A stretch of 64,000 bases of DNA from NCBI GenBank assembly GCA_963805085.1, contig CAWDTA010000001.1, positions 1 to 64,000 on the forward strand, written 5' to 3'. Of this stretch, positions 1 to 11,078 are shown piece after piece. Both the position numbers and the translations under genes were made by a program. The first letter of the stretch is position 1, and each line of letters opens with the position of its first letter. The DNA comes from an uncultured Veillonellaceae bacterium (GTDB taxonomy: Bacteria; Bacillota; Negativicutes; JARBTT01). Below the pieces are notes generated by a model. The model worked only from the letters and a program-made list of their open reading frames with translations, did not search any database and had not been told where the DNA came from.

Positions 1-234
1 CCTGAAACAAACTGTATGTTGGTTTTTTCTATCTGCATCAGCGGATAGAAGAAACCACGTGCAGAATGATGAAGGGGGATATAAAATTGGTATCAGTACA
101 AGGGAGTAAAAAGCTATGGGCAAGGTATCGCACCAGCGTGTGGCGAGGAAGCCTCCTCGCCACAACCAAGGGGAGAGGTTCATTCTATTTACAAGGGACA
201 AGATATGTTTTTTGGGAAAACAGAGGTTCTGTAA

Positions 235-558
235 ATGTATAGAATCTATAGAACACCAACAGCCACGATTATTGCCAAGGAAGTAGAGAACACTGATTTT
301 ACAGTTAAATTGCTTACAGATTTAGATTGCAAAGAATATGTGATGATCAAGTGGCAAGATGCAGTTAATATATATAATTTTTCGCTAGTTGGTCAGGTCA
401 ATGAAATAGCTGACGAAATTTCATTAGAAGAGTTTAGAGAAATTACCTATGCGAAAATATATAAGGAATCATTAGAGGAGGAAATCAAAGCCCAAAAGAT
501 GGATTATCCAAAGTTCGATTGGAATAATTTTCTAGAAGCAGACACAACTGGCAGCTAA
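235..558 (+). CDS. hypothetical protein
   Basis: 107-aa ORF with GAGG RBS-like site upstream and a hairpin at its 3' end; no family recognised. Confidence 0.5.
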   Translation: MYRIYRTPTATIIAKEVENTDFTVKLLTDLDCKEYVMIKWQDAVNIYNFSLVGQVNEIADEISLEEFREITYAKIYKESLEEEIKAQKMDYPKFDWNNFLEADTTGS

Positions 559-1100
559 TACCTGCTGGTTGTGCCTTAAAATATCAGAAAGTGTATTACC
601 AAAAGCAGTAAAAGAAGTTCTATAGAAGTAAGAAGGAATTCCCCTCGTTCCTGTTAAAAACAAAACTGAGTAAAAAATCCTCCTATATTAGGTAAAAATA
701 ACTAACATAGGGGGATTTTTTTTTGAGAATAAAGGTGAAAATGGGAGTATCGTCCGCTAAAATATCTCTGCTAAGCGGTTTTTTATTCGTTTTTACCATT
801 TTTTTTCAATTATTTTTTAGTAAAAAAATCAAAATATAATGCCTACAGGACATATATCCTAAATAAATAAAATTGGTAAAAATCATTTTGACTAGTGTTT
901 ATGCTATTTGCCAAACAAATTTTTAGTAGAATTTAACATTGAAAGTCGAAATAAAGAAAAATTACAAGACAAAAGTACTAATAATAATGGTAAATTCGAC
1001 CTATTAAATGGTAAAAAATATAGACTTTGTCTAATAAATGTAATACAATACCTTTGTGTGTATTATGGATAGAATTACAAGCCAAGGAGGCATAAATATA

Positions 1101-1847
1101 ATGCGTGTGTGTGATAAGATTTTCATACTGTTTTTCATGTTTTTTGTTTCAGCACCGACGGTGTTCGCTGCACCAAGTGCGGCAGATATCAAGGAACAAG
1201 AAAAATTTTTACAGCAACAAGAACAAAAAATTACAGCAAAAGAAGCCGATCAAGAAAGTAATAAACGTAGCCAAGCAAGTATGGTCAAACTAAAAAAAGA
1301 AATAAAACCTCTAACAAAAGTAGAACTACCACAAGAAGACCCCAGCTTTTATATCAATGAGATTCAATTACATGGTATATATGCGGAAAAGTTTACTTGG
1401 GTAGAAGAATATTTAGATCAATATGTAAATCAGAGAATCGGGATTCGAGGAATCAATTTGCTATTGAAAAATGTTAATGATGCCATTGTAAATAGAGGAT
1501 ATATTACCACTCGTGTCTATGTGAAAGAACAAGACCTATCGAGTGGTATTTTAGTGTTCGACCTTGCCGCTGGAACGATTGGTGAAATAGGTTTTGCCGA
1601 CAATAACACCTGGGGAACATGGAAAAATGCCTTTTCCGTCCATCCTGGTGATCTATTAAATATTCGCGACTTGGAACAAGGCCTAGAGCAAATGAAACGA
1701 GTACCATCCCAAGATGTGGATATAAAAATTGAACCAGCAAAAATAGCGGGACAAAGTAACATTTTGCTAACGGTAAAACGAAGCAAACCATGGATTTCAG
1801 CTAACCATGCAAATATAAGGAGGCGGCAATATGAAGAAAAAATTTAA
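1101..1847 (+). pseudogene. TpsB/CdiB (ShlB/FhaC family) transporter, internally deleted: signal peptide and two POTRA domains only
   Basis: AAGGAGG then ATG at 1101; GYITTRV and LNIRDLEQGLEQMKRVPSQ POTRA motifs; similarity stops at RSKPW; out-of-frame GFQLTMQI* at 1792-1818 resembles the terminal barrel strand. Confidence 0.85.
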
Positions 1848-4800
1848 AATGCGTTTCAAAAAGATAATCGCAACTGTATTATTGGTAACATTTGTCGGAC
1901 AGCCGCTTACTGTATTTGCGGCTGCAGTTGCAGATACTGCGGCAGATAGTAGTCAAAAACCTACCGTTACTGAGGTAAACAAAGTAACGGTAGTAGATAT
2001 CGCCGCGCCAAATGCGAGAGGACTATCACATAATAAATATACAGACTTTAATGTAACGGCAAACGGTCTAATCTTAAATAACGCAACACAAGCTGGAAAT
2101 ACTACCCTTCTGGGGAACCTGCAAGCAAATGCAAATTTTAAAGCAAATGCAGCAAGTATTATCTTAAATGAAGTTACAGGCACCAATCGTACCAATTTAA
2201 ATGGGATGCTCGAAGTAGCAGGAAATCAAGCCGCTGTTATTATTGCTAATCCCAATGGTATCACAGGAAATGGTTTTGGCTTTATCAATACGAATCGTGT
2301 GAGTTTGGTCACAGGAACACCAAATGTAGATACAAATGGCAGCTTGGATTCCTTCAATGTAAATAGTGGTGACGTCAGCATTGAAGGAACTGGAATCAGT
2401 CAAGATACTCCGGCGACAAAACTAGATATCATGACCAGAGCGGCAAATATCAACGCCGAAGTATGGGCGGACGAAATCAATGTAGTTACTGGGAATAATA
2501 AAGTAAATTATCAGACCTTAGCAACTGAAACGATAGCAGAAAATCCAGCTAAAAAACCAACAGTAGCCCTAGATGTAGGCGTAGTAGGTGGCATGTATGC
2601 AGGAAAAATCATGCTCGTTGGCACAGAAAAAGGTTTGGGTGTTGCCCTCGATAGTGAAGTATCTGCGAGCAAGGGCTTGTCCCTAACCAATGAAGGCAAA
2701 ATCACCGTAAATGGCAGTATCAGTGCAAAAGAACCAATAAAAATCACAACCAGTGATGACTTTGTAAATAATGGTCAAATATCTTCTAACCAAGATATCA
2801 ATATCACAGCGCAAAATATCACGAGTAGTGGATTTATCAGTGCCGGTGAAGAAGCTGATGAAGAAGATGAAGACGGTAACTCTGCAAGTGCAAGTACGAC
2901 TTTGGCAGATTTAACGGCAAATGCAGCCGAAAAAATCAATATTAGCGGTATGATCAGTGCAAGTAGAGATATCACGTTATCCGGTAAAAAAGTAACTTAT
3001 GAACCAAGTAATGCTACCGCTCAAAATATAACTGTCAATCAATCTGAGCCAGATACTCCGGTGGTCGAACCCGAAACCCCGACACCAACTGACCCAGATA
3101 CGCCCTCAAAAGAGGAAACAAAAACTGAAACCATTACTACCGTAATCAATCCAAAAGCTCCAGCTCTACCAACCTATTCTCAAATAGAAACGACAAAAGC
3201 AGTAGAAAAAGAACAAAATCTATTGCTTACTGCAGATCAATCAGCATCAGGAGACTATAAACCAATCATCGATAAAACAGCCAGCGGTGTTGATCTCGTG
3301 CAGATTGCCACTCCAAATACTAACGGTATTTCAAGAAACCTTTATACCGATTTTAATATCAACACTAGTGGACTCATTTTAAACAATGCAACGAAATATG
3401 CCAGCACCCAGCTAGGTGGTTATATTGACTACAACACTCGTTTAGGTGGTATTAGTGCCAAAGTCATTTTAAACGAAGTTACCAGTACTAATCCAAGTAA
3501 ACTAAATGGCTTTATTGAAGTTGCTGGTAATAAAGCCAGCATTGTTATTGCCAATCCCAACGGCATGACTGTCAATGGGTTTGGTTATATCAACACCAGC
3601 AATGCGACACTGTCTACGGGTATCATCAGTAGCTGGCAAAACGGCACCGTAGAATTTTATCCAATTGCAAATGGGAACATACTATTGCAAGGTGACGGCT
3701 TAAATGCATCCAAGACAGATACGCTCAATATTATTGCCAAAGAGTTTGCAAACTCTGCTTCTGAACTATGGGCAACTCAGCTCAGCTTATCAGCAGATGG
3801 CAATTTAAGTAATAACGGTAAAATAGTTACTACTGGCAGTATGCAGATTAAAGGGCAGAACCTAACCAATGAAGAAAATGCCGTGATTAGCAGTACTGGT
3901 GATTTAGATCTAACGATAAAAGAAGACATCCTCAATCAAACCGCTGCCATAAATAGTGACGGTAATACTACGATTACAGGAAAAAGTTTCACGAATAAAG
4001 AAAATGCCGTACTCTATAGTAAAGGAAACCTTGATCTCAAGGTAGAGGGCGATATCAATAACCAGACAGCAGCCATTTCCGTAAACGGTAAAACAAACCT
4101 TACAGGAAACTCGCTGCAAAATACAGCAAATGCATTGCTTTATAGTGGCAGTGACTTGAACGTAGCTGTAGCAAATGATATCAATAACCAAAAATCTACA
4201 CTGCAAGCTGACGGAATAGCTACCCTTAACAGCAAAACCTTTGAAAATCAAGACGGTGCGTATTTTTCAAGTGGAAATACCCTTGCAATTCATGCGGATG
4301 ACAGTCTGTTAAATCAAGCGTCTACTTTAAAAAGCAAAGCAAAGACAAGCATCACGACAAAAGCGGCCATCAATCAAGATGGCGCAGTTTTGCAAAGTGA
4401 AGATGATTTAACCATACAGGCTGAAAATAATTTAAAAAATCAAGCTTCCGCCATTAAAACAAATGGAAACTTTAATCTTCAGACAAAAGAATTAATAAAT
4501 CAAAGTAATGCGACCATTTCTAGTGGCAAGGATATGGATGTCACTGCCAAAGCTAGTATTACAAATCAAGCCTCTCAGCTGGAAAGTAGCGGGAAAATCA
4601 CAGCCAAAACACAAGCCTTAACTAGTCAAGCCAGCTCTGTGATTTCAAGTGAAAAAGATTTAGATCTGGCAGTAGAATCAGATATTACCAATAAAGATTC
4701 CACAATAAAAAGTACTGGTAACACCAAAATTACCAGCCGAAACTTTAACAATGAAGGTTCTTCCTTTACCAGTGCAGGTGATCTATCTCTGACGGTAAAA

Positions 4801-7800
4801 GAAAATATTCAAAATAAAAATGCTGACATCCAAGTAGAAGGAAGTAGTGAAATCAGCGCTAAAAACCTTAGCAACGAAGCTGATGCTGGCATTTTTACCA
4901 CAGGTGATTTCAATCTAAATTTAACCAATAAACTCACCAACCAAAATTCTGTACTCGCTGTAAATGGCAAAACCAATATTACCGCGCAAGGTATTGATAA
5001 TCTCGATAACTCTGTGCTTTACAGTAGTGGTGATTTAACCTTAACAGCAGAAAATAATATATTAAACCAGTCCTCAGATATCGAAAGCCAAGGCAGTATC
5101 GCTATTACGGCTAACCAATTAACCAATGAAAAAGGTATATTTGAGACCTATTGGGATATAACCAATCAAAATATAGCCTATGGAATTACGCCTATTTCTG
5201 GACATTACAGTGCCACGAGAAAATTCGCCAGAAAAATACAAACTGGTACGATTAAAGAAGAAACAGCAACAGCGCAAATCTTAGCCGATAAAGACATCAC
5301 AATCAAGACAAAGTCAAATGTAATCAATCACTATAGCACAATTGCCGCTGGTAATGATCTAACCATAGATGCAGCTTACTTAGAAAACTTCGGCTATCAA
5401 GGTACGATTATTACCACCGATGTCGGCAATGACATTCACAACTGGAAATATAAACACCATGGAAAACTGCATCATCATTGCCATATGGTTTACGGCACTA
5501 CCGTTATTCCCTATTACAATCAAACAGTAGTAGACGAAGAAACCGTCAGACCAGGTATTTTAAGCGGGGTCAAAAAAGTAAAGATTACTGCCGGAACGAT
5601 CGACAATAAAACCTTTGATGCTGGTAAAAATGTCATTCAGACGAAGACCCAGGCAGTAACGCAGCCTAGCGTTCTAACCCAGTTGACAGGACAAACAAAA
5701 GTAGCCAGCCAAGTAGATCCTAAGATCAATGCCGAAGATAAGGAAATCACTATCGGAAGTCTAGCTATAAATAGCAAACTGTTCACCATCAATACAAATC
5801 CAACAGCAAAATACTTGGTAGAAACAAATGAAAAATTTGCTAACTACAACAATTTCCTCTCCAGTGATTACTTATTAGAACGGGTAAAATCTGATCCAAC
5901 AAAAGTATCAAAACGCTTAGGTGATGGCTACTACGAACAAAAACTAGTCACCGAACAAATCACTGAATTAACCGGTAAAAAATACTTAAACGACTACAGC
6001 TCAGCCCTTGAACAATACCAAGCCTTAATGGAAAATGGCGCAACCGTTGCCAATGAGTATAACCTTACCGTAGGTGTAGCCTTAACCAAAGAACAAATGG
6101 CAGCCTTAACCAGCGATATCGTATGGCTAGTCGAAGAAGAAGTAAACGGAGAAAAAGTCCTCGTTCCCGAAGTATACTTATCAACCCTAAAAACAGGCGA
6201 TTTAACCAGCAGTGGAGCTCTCATTGTGGGAACAGACGTCGAACTAGTTGCCAGTGATGACTTAAAAAATGTCGGCACCATAAAAGCAGATAACAATCTA
6301 ACCGTAGCTGCCAAAAACATCACCAACGAAAATGGTGCGATTTCTGGCGCAGAAGTAACGCTGACCGCAGAAGAAAATGTAACCAATAACAGTGCAGCCA
6401 TTACCGGGAAAAACGTAACCATCTCTGCTGAAAATATCACAAACACAACTCAAACTCAAACAGAAAATTACCAAGAACTAAACCAAACAAAAACACTCGA
6501 TACTGCAAGTATCGCAGCAGAAAACAACCTTACCCTAATCGCTGAAGACTCCATAAAAAATCAAGGAGCAAAGCTAAGTGCAGGTAAAGAACTCGTACTC
6601 ACAGCCAAAAAAGATATCGACATCGAAGCCGTAGCGAAGGAAAAACACGTAGCCGTTACCTACGGTAAATCCAGTGCCGAAGAAAACACTACAAAGAGCG
6701 TAAGTAGTACTCTAACCGGACAAAACATCACGATAAACGGTGACAATGTAAATATCAAAGGCTCAAATGTTGCCGCAGACGAAGCCGTAACCATTACAGG
6801 CAAAACTAACGTCAACATTACCGCTGAAAAAGACCTCGCAGAAACAGATGCGTCCGTAGGAAATCGTGGCGGAGAATACTTCAATCGGCAAAAAGACAGC
6901 AACGAAACTATCGCTTCCAGCAGTATCACAGCCGGAAAGGATATTCAAATCAAAGCAGACAAAGACATCAACGTCAAAGGCTCGGACATCTCCAGTAATA
7001 AAGGAAAAATCACTCTAGATGCAAAAGAAAATGTAAATGTCTCAAACGAAACCGAACATCACGAAAGCCTGCACGAAGAACACAGAGAAAAAACAGGCTT
7101 CCTATCCTCAACTAAAACAGATATCTACGACTATCAAGCAAAAGATACAGTTGTAGGCAGCAATATCTCCGGTAATCAAATAAATGCAGATGCTACGAAA
7201 GATATCAACATCAAAGGCTCAACAGCAGTAGCAGATCAAGATGTAAATCTAAAAGCCGGAGGAAATATCAACATCGAATCCGCCGAAGAAACCAGCGAAA
7301 GCCTATACGAAAAATCCGTTAAAAAATCTGGTCTTCTAACAGGTGGAGGACTCAGCGTCACCATAGGGAAACAAAGCCAAAAAGACAGCCAAGCGAACCA
7401 AAACACCGAACAAATCAGCTCAACTGTAGGCAGTCTACAAGGCAATGTAACCCTAGAAGCAGGTAAAGACGTAGACGTAAAAGCCAGTGATGTAATCGCA
7501 AATAAAGACATCAACACCACCGGAGAAAACGTCAATATAGAAAATAAAGATAATACGTATAATGCAGAGGAAAAACACGAATTTAAACAAAGTGGACTTA
7601 GTGTATCACTAGGTGGTAACGTAGTAACAGCCGTAGAAAAAGTACTATCTCCAGCCGAAAGAGCAACACAGGTACAAGACGACAGACTAAAAGCACTCTA
7701 CGCCTATGAAACAGCAAATCAAATCGAAGAAAATGCAGATACACTAAAAGATCTAGGACATCTAAATAAAAGCAAATTATCCGTTAGTGTAAGTCTAGGG

Positions 7801-10458
7801 TCAAGTAAATCCGAAAGCGAATCAACCAGTCAAACAACAGTAGCCAAGGAAAGTAATGTAAAATCCGATGGTGATGTAAATATCACTTCAACCAAGGGAG
7901 ATATCAAAGTCAAAGGCTCTAACGTAGAAGGCAAAGATGTTACATTAGATGCCAAAGAGAACATCGAAATCACAGCCAGTGAAAACAAAAATGCCAGCAA
8001 CACCGAAAGTAGCAGTAGTTCTGCTAGTATCGGAGTAGACCTCAACTTAACTGGTGGTCTTAGTAGCGTGAATGTAAGTGGTAGTAAACAAAATGGTAAA
8101 ATAAAAGAAAATGGTACTACTTATAACCAAAGTACAGTAACCGCCGAAAAGGATTTAACCGCGAAATCCGGTAAAGATACCAATATCATCGGCTCAAAAG
8201 TAGAAGGAGATAAAGTAAAAGTAGATGTAGGTGGAGACTTAAATCTGGAAAGTCTGCAGGATAAGGAAACCTATGATGAACAAAACAGTTCAAGTGGATT
8301 TAACCTCAGTGCGGATATTAAAAAACAAGGTGCGAAGAAGCCAAATACGCTTGTTAATTCCAAAACGACTGGATCCACAAGCAAAGGAAATATAGACTCT
8401 AACTACGAAAGCGTAACCAAGCAGGCCGAAATCAATGCAGGACAAGACGGCTTCGACATCGAAGTAGGCAAAAATACCGATCTAAAAGGTGCGGTCATTT
8501 CGAGCGATGCTACGTCAGATAAGAATAAGATCAGTACAGATACGCTTACATATTCGGATATTGCAAATAAAGCAGATTATAGCGCAAGTAGTAAGGGCGT
8601 AAATTACAGCAATGGTGGAGATACCAAGAAAAAAGATCAGGGATTAACGCCAAATAATGGTACAACATCTTCTGGTAGTGGTAGTAGTACCACAAAATCA
8701 GCGGTAGCTGATGGTACGATAGAAGTACGGAGCAATCCAAACCAAGATATATCTAACCTAAGTCGTGATACTAGTGGCTCGTTAAATAAATTAGGTAAGA
8801 TATTTGATAAGAAGAAAGTACAGGAACAACAAGAGTTATCCGCTTTATTTGGGAAAGAAGTATTTAAAGCGATAGGAGATCTTGGATTAAAAGAAGGTAG
8901 TGCTGAAAAAGTAGCATTAGACACCTTTGCTGGTGGAGTAATGAGCAAATTGGGTGGAAGTAGCTTTGCATCGGGAGCCGCAGGTGCAGGAATAACCCAA
9001 TTAGTTATGAATGAGTTAAAAAATATAAAAGACCCAGCAGTACTCCAATGGGCAAGTGCAATTGTAGGAGCAGCCGCAGCTAAATTAGTTGGTGGTGATG
9101 CTAAGACTGGTGCTAGTGTGGCAGTTAGTGAAACGAAAAATAACTGGTTAAGTCATGACGAGCAGGTCAGTTTTGCAAATCGATTAAAGAAAGCATTAGT
9201 CGAAGGTGATATAGATGGTGCTCGGAGGATAATAAGAGAATACGCTGAGATAAGTAAAAGCAATTCAGATTTTAACCCTTTTAATGACGAAGCTACAGAA
9301 GGTCTTGACGATGACGGCGCCGGTTTGTTAGAGCAATTACAACTCTATGCAGCATTAACGAATCAAACGTTAACTAATAATGGACTAAATTATGATTTAG
9401 CGAACTTAGCGGCAGGTAGCAGTAATTTTGCATTACAATTGCCAGAAAACCATGATTTTGATACTTCAAAAACCTCAGATACCGTAGATCAAGTAAATCA
9501 ACCTCCAGAAACAGTAGATAGTGTGATGGATAATGGGGGATCATGGAACAGCGCAGGACAAGCAGTGAGAGCTGATGGAACAGTATATGATAACCTACCT
9601 AATAGAGGAAACTATGCATATAGTCAAGGAGTACAACCATCAGGATATTATGATGACGGAACGGCTGCTATAGTTATAGATGGCAATTATTATCCTGCTT
9701 ATAATGCACCGACTAAAGGGGATAAGCTGGCGGAAGATCCTAATGCGAAATTTGTTAAAATTGGTGATCAAAATTTTGTATTAGATCCTGACGATCCAAA
9801 TCCTGATGATCAGAAAAAATGTTGGGCTACTTCAAAAGAACCATCAGCTTGGCAAGTAATCAAACAAAAGGTTGATAATGGAATAGAAGATGTTGTACAA
9901 AGTAAAGATGATATAATTAAATTTAAGGAACAAAAAGATATCAATTATGCAAAAAGGCAACTAGTAGAAAAAGGTATAGCTGAGGATGATCCAGAATATG
10001 ATTCGAAGTTTGCAGAAGAATATAAAAAAGCAAAAGAACAGAGTGATGCTTTTTGGTACATGGGTTCAGCTAAGAGTGTAAAAGAACTTTATTCTTTAAT
10101 AAAAGCATTCAAATATACATCTTCTGTGGTAGCGGGGGCGGATGATGTTGTAAAAGTTAGTGTCGATACAATCATTGAAACAGCTACTGCTGCCAATAAG
10201 GGTGGCGAAACAATTGTTGGACATGCTTTACAAAAACATGCGGGACGCAATCCTGAAATATGGGGTAAGGTTAAAGGCGGATCCGATGAGATTAATCAAA
10301 CGGCACTAAAACATCTGCGAGAAATCATAGACGCACCAGGAGATTTTGTTAAAGTCACCAATGAAAGAGGAATTCAATTCTTGGAAAAGAAACTTCCAGA
10401 TGGGCGGGGTGCTCGATTAAACCTTGATGGAACATTTAAAGGTTTTATCGATCAGTAA
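1831..10458 (+). CDS. CdiA-like filamentous haemagglutinin/polymorphic toxin (TpsA)
   Basis: Signal peptide, two TPS domains with NPNG motifs, FHA repeats, RLGDGYYEQKLV region, FHA-2 repeats, VENN-like ETKNNWL at 9130, variable C-terminal domain. Confidence 0.93.
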   Translation: MKKKFKMRFKKIIATVLLVTFVGQPLTVFAAAVADTAADSSQKPTVTEVNKVTVVDIAAPNARGLSHNKYTDFNVTANGLILNNATQAGNTTLLGNLQANANFKANAASIILNEVTGTNRTNLNGMLEVAGNQAAVIIANPNGITGNGFGFINTNRVSLVTGTPNVDTNGSLDSFNVNSGDVSIEGTGISQDTPATKLDIMTRAANINAEVWADEINVVTGNNKVNYQTLATETIAENPAKKPTVALDVGVVGGMYAGKIMLVGTEKGLGVALDSEVSASKGLSLTNEGKITVNGSISAKEPIKITTSDDFVNNGQISSNQDINITAQNITSSGFISAGEEADEEDEDGNSASASTTLADLTANAAEKINISGMISASRDITLSGKKVTYEPSNATAQNITVNQSEPDTPVVEPETPTPTDPDTPSKEETKTETITTVINPKAPALPTYSQIETTKAVEKEQNLLLTADQSASGDYKPIIDKTASGVDLVQIATPNTNGISRNLYTDFNINTSGLILNNATKYASTQLGGYIDYNTRLGGISAKVILNEVTSTNPSKLNGFIEVAGNKASIVIANPNGMTVNGFGYINTSNATLSTGIISSWQNGTVEFYPIANGNILLQGDGLNASKTDTLNIIAKEFANSASELWATQLSLSADGNLSNNGKIVTTGSMQIKGQNLTNEENAVISSTGDLDLTIKEDILNQTAAINSDGNTTITGKSFTNKENAVLYSKGNLDLKVEGDINNQTAAISVNGKTNLTGNSLQNTANALLYSGSDLNVAVANDINNQKSTLQADGIATLNSKTFENQDGAYFSSGNTLAIHADDSLLNQASTLKSKAKTSITTKAAINQDGAVLQSEDDLTIQAENNLKNQASAIKTNGNFNLQTKELINQSNATISSGKDMDVTAKASITNQASQLESSGKITAKTQALTSQASSVISSEKDLDLAVESDITNKDSTIKSTGNTKITSRNFNNEGSSFTSAGDLSLTVKENIQNKNADIQVEGSSEISAKNLSNEADAGIFTTGDFNLNLTNKLTNQNSVLAVNGKTNITAQGIDNLDNSVLYSSGDLTLTAENNILNQSSDIESQGSIAITANQLTNEKGIFETYWDITNQNIAYGITPISGHYSATRKFARKIQTGTIKEETATAQILADKDITIKTKSNVINHYSTIAAGNDLTIDAAYLENFGYQGTIITTDVGNDIHNWKYKHHGKLHHHCHMVYGTTVIPYYNQTVVDEETVRPGILSGVKKVKITAGTIDNKTFDAGKNVIQTKTQAVTQPSVLTQLTGQTKVASQVDPKINAEDKEITIGSLAINSKLFTINTNPTAKYLVETNEKFANYNNFLSSDYLLERVKSDPTKVSKRLGDGYYEQKLVTEQITELTGKKYLNDYSSALEQYQALMENGATVANEYNLTVGVALTKEQMAALTSDIVWLVEEEVNGEKVLVPEVYLSTLKTGDLTSSGALIVGTDVELVASDDLKNVGTIKADNNLTVAAKNITNENGAISGAEVTLTAEENVTNNSAAITGKNVTISAENITNTTQTQTENYQELNQTKTLDTASIAAENNLTLIAEDSIKNQGAKLSAGKELVLTAKKDIDIEAVAKEKHVAVTYGKSSAEENTTKSVSSTLTGQNITINGDNVNIKGSNVAADEAVTITGKTNVNITAEKDLAETDASVGNRGGEYFNRQKDSNETIASSSITAGKDIQIKADKDINVKGSDISSNKGKITLDAKENVNVSNETEHHESLHEEHREKTGFLSSTKTDIYDYQAKDTVVGSNISGNQINADATKDINIKGSTAVADQDVNLKAGGNINIESAEETSESLYEKSVKKSGLLTGGGLSVTIGKQSQKDSQANQNTEQISSTVGSLQGNVTLEAGKDVDVKASDVIANKDINTTGENVNIENKDNTYNAEEKHEFKQSGLSVSLGGNVVTAVEKVLSPAERATQVQDDRLKALYAYETANQIEENADTLKDLGHLNKSKLSVSVSLGSSKSESESTSQTTVAKESNVKSDGDVNITSTKGDIKVKGSNVEGKDVTLDAKENIEITASENKNASNTESSSSSASIGVDLNLTGGLSSVNVSGSKQNGKIKENGTTYNQSTVTAEKDLTAKSGKDTNIIGSKVEGDKVKVDVGGDLNLESLQDKETYDEQNSSSGFNLSADIKKQGAKKPNTLVNSKTTGSTSKGNIDSNYESVTKQAEINAGQDGFDIEVGKNTDLKGAVISSDATSDKNKISTDTLTYSDIANKADYSASSKGVNYSNGGDTKKKDQGLTPNNGTTSSGSGSSTTKSAVADGTIEVRSNPNQDISNLSRDTSGSLNKLGKIFDKKKVQEQQELSALFGKEVFKAIGDLGLKEGSAEKVALDTFAGGVMSKLGGSSFASGAAGAGITQLVMNELKNIKDPAVLQWASAIVGAAAAKLVGGDAKTGASVAVSETKNNWLSHDEQVSFANRLKKALVEGDIDGARRIIREYAEISKSNSDFNPFNDEATEGLDDDGAGLLEQLQLYAALTNQTLTNNGLNYDLANLAAGSSNFALQLPENHDFDTSKTSDTVDQVNQPPETVDSVMDNGGSWNSAGQAVRADGTVYDNLPNRGNYAYSQGVQPSGYYDDGTAAIVIDGNYYPAYNAPTKGDKLAEDPNAKFVKIGDQNFVLDPDDPNPDDQKKCWATSKEPSAWQVIKQKVDNGIEDVVQSKDDIIKFKEQKDINYAKRQLVEKGIAEDDPEYDSKFAEEYKKAKEQSDAFWYMGSAKSVKELYSLIKAFKYTSSVVAGADDVVKVSVDTIIETATAANKGGETIVGHALQKHAGRNPEIWGKVKGGSDEINQTALKHLREIIDAPGDFVKVTNERGIQFLEKKLPDGRGARLNLDGTFKGFIDQ

Positions 10459-10478
10459 TTAGAAGGAGATGAACGTGC

Positions 10479-10976
10479 TTGGAAAACATGGAGATTTTGC
10501 TGGTTAATTTTCCAAAAGGCAATATAGAAAAGTTCTTGTTTAACGAATTGAAAATAAAGAATGAACAAGTCAAAGCGTCACATTTTTTTGACAAGGAATC
10601 TGGAAAAGACATTGACTTTGTCCATATAAAAAGTATATATAAAATACTATCACCAACTGGTACAGGGAATATTGTTTTGTATCAGTTAGAGCTAGGGGTA
10701 TTGATAAAGGATGTGGTTGTAGTACTTTCATTCGATGAAGAATATGGAGATGTGGTCTGTAATTTTCCTGAAAAAGAATTATTAACCGGGGAAAAAGTCA
10801 GTAATGCATTGAAGATTAAAACAGTGCTGAAATATTTATCTAACATTCGAGAAAAATATGGTATTGAAAAAGTTAGAATAGGTTACGAGCCTGCAGCAGA
10901 CAATGATACCTGTCTATGTGAACTAAGTGGAAAAAATATTGATTTAGACAATGTTGCAAAGAGAATAATGAGATAA
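10479..10976 (+). CDS. putative cognate immunity protein (CdiI-like)
   Basis: Small ORF 20 bp after the cdiA stop with GAAGGAG RBS; role inferred from position. Confidence 0.7.
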   Translation: MENMEILLVNFPKGNIEKFLFNELKIKNEQVKASHFFDKESGKDIDFVHIKSIYKILSPTGTGNIVLYQLELGVLIKDVVVVLSFDEEYGDVVCNFPEKELLTGEKVSNALKIKTVLKYLSNIREKYGIEKVRIGYEPAADNDTCLCELSGKNIDLDNVAKRIMR

Positions 10977-11063
10977 AGTGACACTTACCTAAAGTCTGGT
11001 TGGATGATTAGAGAAGATGGCTCAATAACTCTGAATACTCCGTTCACAGGGGTTACTCGATAA
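10977..11063 (+). pseudogene. C-terminal remnant of a second toxin tip
   Basis: Startless frame SDTYLKSGWMIREDGSITLNTPFTGVTR* ending just before the RBS of the DUF4926-like gene. Confidence 0.5.
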
Positions 11064-11078
11064 GAAATGGAGGACAGT

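Noticed and set aside
1953-8948. Many minus-strand ORFs inside cdiA
   Set aside because: Antisense shadows caused by the biased codon usage of the repeats
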